Shown here one piece after another: positions 15,580 to 24,814 of a DNA stretch of 48,878 bases. Position 1 is the first letter of the stretch, and the number at the start of each line of letters is the position of its first letter. Origin of the DNA: Acidimicrobiales bacterium (lineage in GTDB: Bacteria > Actinomycetota > Acidimicrobiia > Acidimicrobiales > Ilumatobacteraceae); the NCBI GenBank assembly GCA_044871175.1, contig JBIOZN010000056.1, positions 1 to 48,878 of the forward strand, in the 5' to 3' direction. The notes beneath the pieces are model-generated. The model was not told the DNA's origin. It made no database searches and saw nothing but the letters and a program-made list of their open reading frames with translations. The translations under genes and the position numbers were made by a program.

Positions 15580-16601
15580 GGCTGGTACCGGTACGACAGC
15601 AGCCGCACGTTGATGGGAGCGGGCAGGGTCATGTTCGGGATGGGGCCGAGGTAGCGGGCGAAGGCACGGCAGCGTGAACTGGTGGGCACCATGCCGGCGG
15701 CGGCACGGCTGCCGGGCACGCCAGGGTCACCGCTGCGGGGACGGGTGACGCGCAGCATTCCCTCAACGTCCGGGCCGAACATGCCGATGGCGCTCACCTG
15801 CGCGTACGACCAGGTGGCGGTGTCGGTGGTCGTGGTGGCCTCCCAGTGGTCGACGGGCACGACGTCGTCGGTCTCGTAGCGCTCGACGGCGAACGACCAG
15901 GTGCCCGGCGTGCTCAGTTCGCATTGCAGTTCCACCGTGACCTCGTAGGCGCCAATCCAAGGCGGGCGGATGCTCTTGCCGTCCACGCTCACCTTCCACG
16001 GGCCCAGCGACGCATTGGTGAGCCAGGCCATGTGAGCCGCAGGATCGGCGCCGCCCAGGATGCCGGCGCCGCTCTGCGCCCCGGCGAAGCCCTGCCACCA
16101 CGGGCCGGCGGTGGACACGCCGAGCGTGAAGTTGAGCTGCCACACGCTGAGCGGGCTGAGCCGGTACACCTCGCCGGTGAGGGTGTTCAGGTACCAGTCG
16201 TTCGGGCGGCAGCCGGGCAGGACGGTGATGTCGGTGGGGGGCGGGCCGGCGCCGAAGAACCACAGGTCCGGCCAACCCTCGGCCGGGGGCGGCATCTCGG
16301 CGAACAGGCCGCCGTCGGTGCCGATGCTGATGCCGTTGGGCGCTGGCGCCAGGCGCGCCGACACCACCGGGCCGCCGCGGGCCACCCCGTCCCCGGGGAT
16401 GAGGCAGTCCTGTGCGAGCACGCAGGGCAGGGCGACGCTGACGCCATCCGCCGTGGCCGTGACCGGCAGTTGCGAGGCCGGGTCGGGCACGACGCTGATG
16501 ACGTAGGGGTCAGGCCGGGTGCCGACACCGGTGACGGAGATGCCGTCGGCTTCCTCGATGATGCACGAGCACTGCGACACGGCGCATCGGCATCTGGCCA
16601 T
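15576..16601 (-). CDS. tail fibre / minor tail protein, CxC-x5-CxC paralog 3
   Basis: Trimmed from ORF 15576..16919 to ATG 16601 (ATGA overlap with the lysin stop). MARCRCAVSQCSCII…. Confidence 0.7.
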   Translation of the reverse strand: MARCRCAVSQCSCIIEEADGISVTGVGTRPDPYVISVVPDPASQLPVTATADGVSVALPCVLAQDCLIPGDGVARGGPVVSARLAPAPNGISIGTDGGLFAEMPPPAEGWPDLWFFGAGPPPTDITVLPGCRPNDWYLNTLTGEVYRLSPLSVWQLNFTLGVSTAGPWWQGFAGAQSGAGILGGADPAAHMAWLTNASLGPWKVSVDGKSIRPPWIGAYEVTVELQCELSTPGTWSFAVERYETDDVVPVDHWEATTTTDTATWSYAQVSAIGMFGPDVEGMLRVTRPRSGDPGVPGSRAAAGMVPTSSRCRAFARYLGPIPNMTLPAPINVRLLSYRYQP

Positions 16602-18046
16602 CAGGCGAATCCCATCTTCTTGGCGCACGTCCACGGCTTCCACGAGCCGCCGTGGCTGGAGTTGTAGATGTAGCGGGCCATCCGCACGTTCTGGTCGGGG
16701 TCGAACATGTCGGTGAAGCCGAGCTTCTGCCAGGTCGAGCGCCACACCTTCGGGTACACCTGGAAGAGGCCTTGCTCTCCGTACTCGCGGCCGACGTTGC
16801 GGGGGTTGAAGTTCGATTCGCACCAGGCCACCCGGCAGGCGTGGTCCCACTCGCCGGCCGGGAAGTAGCGGCGGATGAGGTCGCTCACCATCACCGCGTT
16901 CTTGTGCTCGGAGTGGCACAACGCCCGGCCCTGCGGAACGGTGGGCCCGGCCCCGGTTCCGGTGTCCCCGCTGGTGCCCGAGTTGACGTCGGCCGGATAG
17001 CCGGGGTTCTGGGCCGGCGGGGTGTCCGGGGGCAGCGGAGGGGGCGGGGGCGGCGGCGGCGTGGGTGGCGGCGGTTCGGTGACGATGATGTCCTGAAAGC
17101 CGGACGCCGAGCTGTCGGTGTTGGCCACGGTGAGCCCGACCTTGTAGGTGCCGGGGTTGTTGTAGCGGTAGATGACGTTCTTGACCCCGGCGTCGGTCGA
17201 ACCGTTGCCGTCAAGGTCCCACGCCCAGGCCGTCGCGTACTGGGTCTGGTCGGCGAACTCGACGTCCAGGGGCAGCATGCCGGTGATGGCTGAGGCCGAG
17301 AACGACACCACGCTCAGGATGGGTGGTGGCGCGTTGATGCCGCACACCTGCGGGGCGGTCGGCGGCGCCGGTGGACGTGGGGCGGCCTTCTCGGCCGTGG
17401 ACTCCACCGGTAACGGGTCTGGGGCGCCAACGGCGGGGATGATGGTGTTCGGCGGCCGCTTGGGCTGAGTGGGGTTGCTGGTGCTGCTGCCGGCCGAGGC
17501 GGCGGGGCTGGTGTAGTCGCCGGTGACGCCGATCCCGCCGACCGAGCTGCCGCCGCCGCCTCCACTGCCGATGTACAGGTCCGAGAAGTCGATGTCGCCG
17601 GGCGAACCGATGCTGATCCCACTGCCGCCGCCGGTGGCGCACGCTGCCGACCAGTTCTGCGCCGTCTCCTCGAACATGCTCAGGTGGACGTGGTTCTTGT
17701 GGGCACCGCGCGGGTTGCACCGATCCGACCCGGCCCAATGGCCGACCTTGCAGTTCCAGTAGTCGTTCCACCAGCAGATGTAGGCGACGCCGACGCATCC
17801 GCTGTGGTGCATGTCGATGAGCCACTGGGCGATGGCTGAGCCGAGCGCGTGGTCGGTGGTCATGATGTCGAGCGCCCGTCCGCCGGCATGGTCGGACAAC
17901 GCGCTCGAACCGGCGATGGTGCGGCACACGTAGCCGCCGATGGAGTTGACGCCGGGGAACTTCTGCTTGATGTAGTTGCTGAGCGCCTGCGCGCCGGGCT
18001 TGAAGCCGCCAGAGCAACGCCCGGGTGACCCCTGACCGCAGCCCAT
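16601..18046 (-). CDS. tail-associated multidomain peptidoglycan hydrolase (M15-like peptidase + PKD domain + lytic transglycosylase)
   Basis: - N-terminal SDHAGGRALD (SxHxxGxAxD).
- Central PKD-like DLDGNGSTD…YNNPGTYKVGLTVAN.
- Pro-rich linker.
- C-terminal WCESNFNP…EQGLFQV SLT-like motif. Confidence 0.8.
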   Translation of the reverse strand: MGCGQGSPGRCSGGFKPGAQALSNYIKQKFPGVNSIGGYVCRTIAGSSALSDHAGGRALDIMTTDHALGSAIAQWLIDMHHSGCVGVAYICWWNDYWNCKVGHWAGSDRCNPRGAHKNHVHLSMFEETAQNWSAACATGGGSGISIGSPGDIDFSDLYIGSGGGGGSSVGGIGVTGDYTSPAASAGSSTSNPTQPKRPPNTIIPAVGAPDPLPVESTAEKAAPRPPAPPTAPQVCGINAPPPILSVVSFSASAITGMLPLDVEFADQTQYATAWAWDLDGNGSTDAGVKNVIYRYNNPGTYKVGLTVANTDSSASGFQDIIVTEPPPPTPPPPPPPPLPPDTPPAQNPGYPADVNSGTSGDTGTGAGPTVPQGRALCHSEHKNAVMVSDLIRRYFPAGEWDHACRVAWCESNFNPRNVGREYGEQGLFQVYPKVWRSTWQKLGFTDMFDPDQNVRMARYIYNSSHGGSWKPWTCAKKMGFA

Positions 18047-18049
18047 GGG

Positions 18050-18226
18050 CTAGGCGCCCTCGGGGTCGCCGTCGAAGGCGGCGATCGCCGCGCGCAGGAG
18101 GCGCACGGCGGGCGCGGACGTGGTGGAGGTGCCGGGGATCAGGTCGGCTTCCCACTGGCGGGCGGCGGCGAGAAGCGCCCGGCAGCGCTGCGCCCGGGCC
18201 AGGGGTATCCGGACGAACTCGTTCAC
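18050..18226 (-). CDS. hypothetical small protein (58 aa, below ORF-track cutoff)
   Basis: GTG 18226 in a GTGA overlap with the upstream stop. TAG 18050 lies 3 nt before the lysin ATG. VNEFVRIPLARAQRCRALLAAARQWEADL… with high GC3. Confidence 0.5.
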   Translation of the reverse strand: MNEFVRIPLARAQRCRALLAAARQWEADLIPGTSTTSAPAVRLLRAAIAAFDGDPEGA

Positions 18227-18543
18227 GGCGCCAGCCCGGCTTCGATCTCGGCCCAGTGCGCCTGGATGCCGGACTGGATCTCGTCGTCACCGATCACGCC
18301 GATGTCACGGCCGGGATGCGGGTTGCCCGAGTTGAGGGCGTACTCGTAGTCGGCCTCGTTGTCGATGGAGATGGGCCACATGAACGACAGCGCCACCTGC
18401 GCCGGGCCCTCGGCCTTGATGGCGAGCCCGAGCGGCGAGTCACCCAGCGTCGGGTTGGCCCACGCCTCCTTCGCCAGCCCGGCCTCGACACGCTGGCGCA
18501 GGTCGTAGTCCTGCGAGCAGATGGTGATGGTCTGGTAGCTCAT
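18223..18543 (-). CDS. hypothetical protein
   Basis: Trimmed from ORF 18223..18843 to ATG 18543 (ATGA overlap). [23 protein letters not shown]…. Confidence 0.65.
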   Translation of the reverse strand: MSYQTITICSQDYDLRQRVEAGLAKEAWANPTLGDSPLGLAIKAEGPAQVALSFMWPISIDNEADYEYALNSGNPHPGRDIGVIGDDEIQSGIQAHWAEIEAGLAP

Positions 18544-18728
18544 TTGGGCGTGGCCTCCGGGGGTGGCGCGGGGATGCTCGGGTCGGCGGGGATGGGCTGG
18601 CCGCACACGCCGCAGGCGATGCGGCCCTCGCGCAGCTCGCTGAGGTAGGCGTCGTCGACGGGCACCGAGCGCGCCCAGGCGTCGCAGTTCGGGTTGACGC
18701 AGCGGCAGGAGTACCGGGCGCTCACCAT
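18540..18728 (-). CDS. small zinc-ribbon-like protein
   Basis: CRCVNPNC…CGVCG. Start ambiguous: ATG 18740, ATG 18728, or GTG 18725 in a GTGA overlap with the fibre stop. Confidence 0.55.
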   Translation of the reverse strand: MVSARYSCRCVNPNCDAWARSVPVDDAYLSELREGRIACGVCGQPIPADPSIPAPPPEATPK

Positions 18729-21181
18729 CCGAGGCACCACCAGTTGGCCCGATAGGCGCCGTTGTGGTTGGCGGCCAGATACACCCGAAAGCCGGTGCCC
18801 GAGTAGTTGGCGGTGCAGTAGACGGCCGGCCCGACGGCATCACCGCAGATGCACGAGGCGATTACCAACCCCGACAGCACCGTCCCCCATGACAGGTCGA
18901 ACCAGTTGCGGTCAGGGACGGTCAGCACGGTCGACGCCATGAGCCAGAACAGCCGGGCGCCGTTGGGCACGAGCCCGTGGATGCCGCTGCCAATCTGGGT
19001 GAGTCCCGGCACCTGATGGTTGTAGGTGTCGGCCTGGTTCCCGAACGGGAACGAGAGACGGAACGACAGCGGCGCAATGGCGAGCACCCCGTCGGCGCCG
19101 CCGAAGCGGGCCAAGTCAGCGTTGCCCTCCCGAATCGCCACCTGCTGGCCGGACTTGGCGTTGACCATGGTGAACCCAGCGGCCTCGGCCAGGAAGGCGT
19201 AGTTGTTGCCGCCCTTGCGGCTGGTGTGGCCGAACTCGGCGTAGTTGGTGTCGGTGCCGTTGTAGGGCTCGCCGTAGGCGGGAGCGACCAGCCCGGCCCC
19301 GGCGGCGCCCGCCGGTCCCTGCGCGCCGGTGTCACCCTTGGGTCCGCTCGCCAGCTTGGTGATCGTCATCGACGGGGCCGGCGGGTCGGTGGCGCCCGAG
19401 TCGGTGATGAGGGCCCAGGTGTAGGCGGCGCCGCCGTAGCAGTAGAGGTTCACCACGTCGTTGGCGGCGAGGTAGCCCTGCCAGGTCACCACCGCGGTGG
19501 CGAAGGCGGCCAGGTGCACGTACTGGCGGGCGAGGATGACCCCCGCCTTGCCGACCGCGACGAAGCTGCTGGCCGGCGGCGCGGCGCCCGTCGCGGTGAG
19601 GATGCCGGTGATGACGTAGATGCCGGCGCTGTTCACCCGGATGCCGTTGCCCGACTGGGTGAAGGCCCCGGCGACGTTCTGCTGTTCGTGGAGGAAGGTG
19701 CAGGCGATCGCGGTGACGGTGCCCGCCGCCATGGCTGGCCCGGCGGTGGCCCGCACCCGCATCATGGGAGCGTCGGCACCGCCGGGCAGCCCCTGGGGCC
19801 CTTGTGTCCCGCCCATCGAGGTGACGGTGAGGGCCGAGCGGTTGTCGACCGCAGGGGGGCCGCCAGCATCGGTATCGAGGGTGACCGAGAGGGTGTCGTT
19901 GACGAGCAGGTCGTACACGGCGGTGACGAAGCCCTCCCGCCAGCCGCCGCTGTTGAACACCGACGCCTGAGCCTGGATGGTCGTGGCGCCCCGCTTCTGA
20001 TACACGGTGGGCACGATGTAGGCGCCACCCGTGCTCATGGTGGTGATGTGGAGGTTGACCTCGTAGCGGCCGGGCTGGTCGCAGCGCAAGTCGGTGCCGC
20101 CGACCAGGGTGAAGCCGCTGGCCGACGAGACGCTCATCGGAATCTTGGTGGCGTTGACGAAGGCGCCGCCGGGGAAGCCGACGTAGGCGTAGTACTGGGT
20201 GGTCGTCGTGGGTGCGTTGACCCACTTCGTGTCGTAGTTCGTGCCGCTGGCCTTGGCGAGAATCTGGTCGAGCGTGCCGCCGGGTGCGACGCCCGGGCCC
20301 GTTGCGCCGGTCGCGCCGGCCGGCCCTTGCACGCCGGCCGGCCCCTGCACGCCCTGCGTGCCCTGGAGGCCCTGCGGCCCCTGCGCGCCGGTATCGCCCT
20401 TCGGCCCCTGGCTGCCGGTGGCGCCCGCTGGACCTTGGCTGCCGGTGGCACCGGTCGGCCCCTGCGTGCCCTGGATGCCTTGGGCGCCGGTGTCACCCTT
20501 GGCGCCCTGCGGCCCCTGCGCGCCGGTCGCACCAGCAGGGCCAGTGGGGCCGGGCGGGCCGACGATCTGACCGACGTCGACCCACTGCGTGCCATCCCAG
20601 AAGTACAGGTCGCCGTCGGACTCCACGATGTAGGCGTCACCCGGCTGGGCGCCCGGCGGCAGGTCACCCGGTGTCGGCACGCTGCCGATCAAGTCGACGC
20701 TGGTGCCCTGCTCGCCCTGTTCGCCCTGCGGACCGGTCGGACCTGTAGGACCTGCCGGGCCGATGGGCCCCTGCGTGCCGGTGTCACCCTTGACGCCTTG
20801 CGGGCCAGCCGGTCCGGTGGGGCCGGTGGGGCCGGCCGGCCCCTGGCTGCCGGTGGCGCCCGTGGCTCCGGTCGGGCCGCCTGGACCCTGCGGGCCGGGC
20901 ACGCCCTGCGTCCCCGGAGGGCCGGCCGGGCCAGTGGGACCGGGGGGGCCGGGAGGCCCCTGCTCGCCGGTGCCGGGCGTGGACGGCGCGATGACGTACG
21001 TGCTGCCGTCGCCCGTCCAGCGCACCACCAGCTGGCCGCCCGCGTCCTCCTCGATGATCCATTCCTGGGTCTTGGGGAACGGCCGCAACTCCAGTTCGTG
21101 GAGCCGGTCGTTGTGGTCCTTGAACAGCGCCAGGTTGTCCGGGTAGTGGCGGGGGTGGGCGCCGTTGTGCAGGTCAGACAT
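18722..21181 (-). CDS. collagen-like (Gly-X-Y) tail fibre protein
   Basis: 819 aa. Two long G-X-Y blocks ([19 protein letters not shown]…) separated by a [19 protein letters not shown] knob, then a C-terminal globular domain. Confidence 0.85.
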   Translation of the reverse strand: MSDLHNGAHPRHYPDNLALFKDHNDRLHELELRPFPKTQEWIIEEDAGGQLVVRWTGDGSTYVIAPSTPGTGEQGPPGPPGPTGPAGPPGTQGVPGPQGPGGPTGATGATGSQGPAGPTGPTGPAGPQGVKGDTGTQGPIGPAGPTGPTGPQGEQGEQGTSVDLIGSVPTPGDLPPGAQPGDAYIVESDGDLYFWDGTQWVDVGQIVGPPGPTGPAGATGAQGPQGAKGDTGAQGIQGTQGPTGATGSQGPAGATGSQGPKGDTGAQGPQGLQGTQGVQGPAGVQGPAGATGATGPGVAPGGTLDQILAKASGTNYDTKWVNAPTTTTQYYAYVGFPGGAFVNATKIPMSVSSASGFTLVGGTDLRCDQPGRYEVNLHITTMSTGGAYIVPTVYQKRGATTIQAQASVFNSGGWREGFVTAVYDLLVNDTLSVTLDTDAGGPPAVDNRSALTVTSMGGTQGPQGLPGGADAPMMRVRATAGPAMAAGTVTAIACTFLHEQQNVAGAFTQSGNGIRVNSAGIYVITGILTATGAAPPASSFVAVGKAGVILARQYVHLAAFATAVVTWQGYLAANDVVNLYCYGGAAYTWALITDSGATDPPAPSMTITKLASGPKGDTGAQGPAGAAGAGLVAPAYGEPYNGTDTNYAEFGHTSRKGGNNYAFLAEAAGFTMVNAKSGQQVAIREGNADLARFGGADGVLAIAPLSFRLSFPFGNQADTYNHQVPGLTQIGSGIHGLVPNGARLFWLMASTVLTVPDRNWFDLSWGTVLSGLVIASCICGDAVGPAVYCTANYSGTGFRVYLAANHNGAYRANWWCLGW

Positions 21182-22256
21182 CGTCGGCGATGCCTTCCCA
21201 CTCGAAGCCGGCGGTGGTGGCGGCCATGGCCAGCTTCACCGACTCGGCCCCCTCGTCGACAGCCACCTCCAGGCGGGTCATCCGCATCATGGTGTCCACG
21301 TCGCGGTAGCCCGAGGTGAGCAGGATGGCGAACAGGTTGCCGGGCACCAGGTCCTCGATGCGGCACGGCGACGTCGGCATGAGGTCGGTCGCCCAGTTGT
21401 CGTCGCACTCGACCGGCGGGTAGTGCATCTCGTCCCAGATGCGCTGGGCGGCGGCCTGGGCGGCGGCGGCGTCCTTCAGGTTCGGCAGCTTGAACGTGCG
21501 CTCCACCAGCCCGTAGAAGGTGTCGACCGCGCCCACCTGGCCGACGACGAGGTTCGACTCGCCGATGACGGTGACCCGGGTGGCGGTGTCGCTGGCGCGC
21601 TGGGCGATGGCCGGGGTGCTGGTGAAGTCGTTGTCCGACAGGCGGCCCACGAACCGGCCGAGCCGGCTGCCCCCGATGAGCCGGCGGCAGTACACGGTCC
21701 AGTCCACCAGCCCGCGCGACAGCTCGTTGACCTGCGACAGCAGTGTCTTGTGCTCGCCGGCCTTGAAGAACATCTCCGCCATGGAACCCACCGGGCCCAC
21801 GTCGAGCGTCAGGCAGATGGGCTCGTAGGCGAAGCCTTCGGTGCACAGCTCGGTGAACACCTCGGAGGCTTCCTTGGCGCAGACACCGGTGAAATCCACG
21901 TTCTTGTGGATCTCACGCACCGACGCCCAGTGCATGAGGTCGGCCGCTTCGATGGTGCACGTCGCGCCTTCCCAGGAGACGTTGGTGACCGGGCCGACCC
22001 ACACCACCGCGCCGTTGCGGTAGATCCACAGCTCGTGGCCCCACGGCCGGATGCGCCCCAGGTCGCGGCCGCAGCCGGTCGGCGCCGGTATCTGGCACTT
22101 GGCGGTGCTCACGCCGTTGAGGGTGCGGGACCAGTTGGTCTGGGCGGTGTCAAAGCCGAGCAGGTGGAAGGTGCCGCAGCGGCTCTTGATGGCGTACTCG
22201 TAGTTGCCGCAGCCGAGGCGGAACTCGTCGGTGGGGCGTTCCAGCAGCAGGCTCAT
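21174..22256 (-). CDS. minor tail protein (distal tail/tip-type, candidate)
   Basis: Trimmed to ATG 22256 (ATGA overlap). [21 protein letters not shown]…[11 protein letters not shown]… resembles actinophage minor tail proteins. Confidence 0.65.
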   Translation of the reverse strand: MSLLLERPTDEFRLGCGNYEYAIKSRCGTFHLLGFDTAQTNWSRTLNGVSTAKCQIPAPTGCGRDLGRIRPWGHELWIYRNGAVVWVGPVTNVSWEGATCTIEAADLMHWASVREIHKNVDFTGVCAKEASEVFTELCTEGFAYEPICLTLDVGPVGSMAEMFFKAGEHKTLLSQVNELSRGLVDWTVYCRRLIGGSRLGRFVGRLSDNDFTSTPAIAQRASDTATRVTVIGESNLVVGQVGAVDTFYGLVERTFKLPNLKDAAAAQAAAQRIWDEMHYPPVECDDNWATDLMPTSPCRIEDLVPGNLFAILLTSGYRDVDTMMRMTRLEVAVDEGAESVKLAMAATTAGFEWEGIADDV

Positions 22257-22393
22257 CGTTGCTCCGCCCCGCAGGCACACCGGTGCCGGCCGTACGGATG
22301 CCGGGGCAGCATGCAGACGTGGACCACCGGCATCGACTTCGCCACGTCGTTGCGGGGCGCGTCCCAGCGCTCACCGCACACGGGCGGGCTCAT
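22253..22393 (-). CDS. small Cys/His-rich protein (46 aa)
   Basis: Fits exactly between two ATGA overlaps (22393 and 22253-22256). [46 protein letters not shown]. Confidence 0.55.
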   Translation of the reverse strand: MSPPVCGERWDAPRNDVAKSMPVVHVCMLPRHPYGRHRCACGAEQR

Positions 22394-23676
22394 ACGGCGA
22401 ACCGCCGTTCGGTGAAGGTGACGACGAACTCGGCGTCGGGGGCGACGGTGCCGAAGGCGGCCGAGAAGCACACGGTCGTCGGTTCGCAGCCACCGTCCAG
22501 CACGTCGTAGTTCATGAGGCCCCGGTCACCTCCGCTGAGCACGAACCGCTCGGCCGGGAAGCTGTAGGTGCCGCACTCGACGCGGGCCCGGCGGGACACG
22601 CCATCCACGATGAGCCGCGAACCGGCCGGGATCTTGGGCAGGTACATGGTGGCGCACGGCTCATCGCACCGGAACGCCTGCGGGTCGTTCTGCGGGTTGG
22701 TGCCGTGCTGCGACTGCGGCCAGAACGACACCTGCAGGGCGCGCATCTCCCGGCTGCCGGCGAACACCTCAACGGTGATAGCGCCGTCCCGCCACTCGGT
22801 GGTGGACACGTCGCAGCACAACGGCCCGGAGATGACGACGGGCTCGCATTCGCCGCACACGTCAATGATCGCGATGGCAGGGTCGGGCGGCGGGTCAGTT
22901 GAACCGCACGGCGCCACGCCGCAGTCGTCCGGTCCCGGCGGCGGGCAGTCGGGCGGCATGCACGGCAGGTTGATGCTGCACACCGACGGGAAGGCGGTGC
23001 CGGGCCAGCGGCACAGCTCGTTGGGGATGCCCCACAGGTACGGGTCGGCGGCGACGATGGAGAAGTCGGTCGTCATGAGGGTGCAGCCGCAACCGGAGCC
23101 CTCCAGCGGAACCGGCTGACTCGGCGCGTCGAGGATGCCGGCGCTACGGATTGTCCACAGGCCCGACCCGGCCGGTTCGTCGGGCTGGTCGCAGCACAGC
23201 CGCAACGTCAGGTCGCTGGCCACGCAGTCACCGCGGCAGGGGTCGTCGCTGAGCAGCTCGTACAACCACTCGATGCCGTACGACGCCCCCCGACAGGACG
23301 ACGCGACGAGGATGCCCTCGACGTTCACCTCGCGGGCCGCCATGCGTGCGCGTCGCAACGTGTCCGTCAGGGTGGCTTCCCACCCCACCTGCGGGCGTTT
23401 CATGCTCGAATGCCCGAGGCCGGTGATGCGGGTCACGTAGAAGCCGTAGAACTCGGCCGACGCCGGGCTGGTCGGGTCCCACCACGGCGCCGGGTTGGGC
23501 TGCTGCGAGGGCCCGCTGCCGAACCCGTCCTCGGGCACGTCCTCGGGGCAGTAGCAGGCCGCGCTGAGGGTCGGCGTGCACCCGCTGAGCGGGCTGCCCC
23601 GCAGCCACGAGTACAAGGCGGCGTGGTTCGCCAGCGGTTCGCCCGCCCAGCACGCCCAGCCGCCGAAACCGGGCAT
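22390..23676 (-). CDS. Cys-rich virion/minor tail protein
   Basis: Trimmed from ORF 22390..23910 to ATG 23676 (ATGA overlap). By hand count, about 26 Cys in 428 aa. Confidence 0.7.
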   Translation of the reverse strand: MPGFGGWACWAGEPLANHAALYSWLRGSPLSGCTPTLSAACYCPEDVPEDGFGSGPSQQPNPAPWWDPTSPASAEFYGFYVTRITGLGHSSMKRPQVGWEATLTDTLRRARMAAREVNVEGILVASSCRGASYGIEWLYELLSDDPCRGDCVASDLTLRLCCDQPDEPAGSGLWTIRSAGILDAPSQPVPLEGSGCGCTLMTTDFSIVAADPYLWGIPNELCRWPGTAFPSVCSINLPCMPPDCPPPGPDDCGVAPCGSTDPPPDPAIAIIDVCGECEPVVISGPLCCDVSTTEWRDGAITVEVFAGSREMRALQVSFWPQSQHGTNPQNDPQAFRCDEPCATMYLPKIPAGSRLIVDGVSRRARVECGTYSFPAERFVLSGGDRGLMNYDVLDGGCEPTTVCFSAAFGTVAPDAEFVVTFTERRFAV

Positions 23677-24343
23677 CAGCTGACCTGCGTTTCGCCGAGC
23701 GGCACCCCGCCCGACCGCCGGTCCAGCTCGGCCATGTCGTCGGCGGTGAGGGTGATGGTGCGGCCGGTGGCCGAGGCGACCTTGGCGACAACCTCGCTGG
23801 TCTTGCCGGTGAAGAACAGGTTGACCGCGTTCTCCACGAACTGCTGGCGCCGCTGCGGCTCCTCCTTGGTGTCGAACACCTGGGCGATCGTGCCCAGCCC
23901 GAGCACGCACAACGTCCGCACGTCCGGGCGGGGCGGCGGGCCGCCGGCAAGCAGCACCGACGCCTCGATCTCGGCCCAGTGGACGACGGACACTGCGATC
24001 AGCCCTGCGGCCCGGGCTGGCGGAAACCCGTGGCCGCCCGGATGGCCGCTTCCATCACGGGCAGCAGTTCCTTGACGGTGACACCGGCGTCGAAGTCGCG
24101 GACCAGCTTGGTGAAACGCTCCCGGTCCTCGCGCACCATGAGGCCCTGGCACACCCGCACCACCGCGTGGAGGCTGGCGGTGGAGGCGTCGGCGTACTCG
24201 GCCAGCCAGGCCGGCAGGTCACCGTCCACGAACGGCGAGATGCGGTAGTTGACGCCCCGGAAGGGGACGGTCGGCCTCTCATCGGCGGCGGCCTGGTGGG
24301 CGGCACCAACCGGGTCGAACACGGGGTTGGGCGTGAAGCTCAC
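23676..24343 (-). CDS. tail assembly chaperone, predicted -1 frameshift fusion product (GT-like)
   Basis: The slippery heptamer G_GGT_TTC lies in the correct 0-frame, 7 codons before the stop of 23999..24343. The -1 frame is open down to 23676 (…FPPARAAGLIAVSVVHWAEIE…). If not frameshifted, the distal part could initiate at GTG 23993. Confidence 0.5.
23999..24343 (-). CDS. tail assembly chaperone (G-like, candidate)
   Basis: 114 aa, GTG 24343. Carries a canonical -1 slippery site near its 3' end and an overlapping -1 ORF. Confidence 0.6.
   Translation of the reverse strand: MSFTPNPVFDPVGAAHQAAADERPTVPFRGVNYRISPFVDGDLPAWLAEYADASTASLHAVVRVCQGLMVREDRERFTKLVRDFDAGVTVKELLPVMEAAIRAATGFRQPGPQG
24023..24029 (-). 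other. -1 programmed ribosomal frameshift slippery heptamer GGGTTTC
   Basis: The 0-frame codons are ACG GGT TTC, giving X_XXY_YYZ. A CAGCCC/GGGCTG stem with an 8-nt loop starts 3 nt downstream. Confidence 0.5.
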
Positions 24344-24399
24344 CGGCCCAGCGTGGCGCGCGGCGGACCGCCGGCCGGGGATTCCACCCCGAGACGCGG

Positions 24400-24428
24400 A
24401 GCAGCCCCCGGGGGGGCCGGGGGCTGCT
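24400..24428 (-). terminator. 12-bp GC hairpin after the membrane-protein gene
   Basis: AGCAGCCCCCGG (24400-24411) pairs with CCGGGGGCTGCT (24417-24428). The loop is GGGGG. No U tract. Confidence 0.45.
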
Positions 24429-24451
24429 TCAGGGGTCCGGGCGGAGCCTAA

Positions 24452-24814
24452 TCAGGCGGCCCACCACTCCAGGCCCCACGGGCGCATCGCCAGCGGCTTG
24501 CGGCCGTTGGACAGGTTGCGGCTGGTGTCGCCGTGGATGTGGGCCATCTGCGCCTTGCGGATGCGGCCGCCCCGCATGAAGAACCAGGGGATGAGAGCGA
24601 AGCCGCAGGTGAAGATGATCGCCAGCGCCCAGCCCGAGGTGCGGCAGATCCGCAGGCCGAGGATGAACGGCCAGACGAGCCCGTACTGGATGAACCAGAT
24701 GAACGGGTAGACGACCAGGGCGAGGGCGGTCCGCTTGGCGATGAGCAGGGCCTTCGACGGCTCGGCGGCGGGCGTGGTGGGGGCGGGCAGGACAGGGGGC
24801 GGAAGGGTGGTCAT
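24452..24814 (-). CDS. small integral membrane protein
   Basis: 120 aa. Hydrophobic segments (ALALVVYPFIWFIQYGLVWPFILGL, WALAIIFTCGFALIPWFF). ATG 24814 follows CCCCTACCC…AAGGAA. Confidence 0.75.
   Translation of the reverse strand: MTTLPPPVLPAPTTPAAEPSKALLIAKRTALALVVYPFIWFIQYGLVWPFILGLRICRTSGWALAIIFTCGFALIPWFFMRGGRIRKAQMAHIHGDTSRNLSNGRKPLAMRPWGLEWWAA

Noticed and set aside
18977-21319. Very long Arg/Gly/Pro/Ala-rich ORFs antisense to or out of frame with structural genes. Examples: 18977..21319+, 3127..4239+, 7471..8550+, 7952..9127+, 33996..35210+, 39852..41678+, 17211..18290-.
   Set aside because: - These are typical shadow ORFs of about 70% GC DNA.
- Their composition is extreme and they have no RBS or overlap grammar.
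- The opposite or other frame encodes recognisable proteins.
16790-21560. tRNA-like GGTTCGA/GTTCGAT strings (about 16812 and 21550).
   Set aside because: Both lie inside well-supported coding regions and no acceptor or anticodon stems are foldable around them. No tRNA is called in the window.
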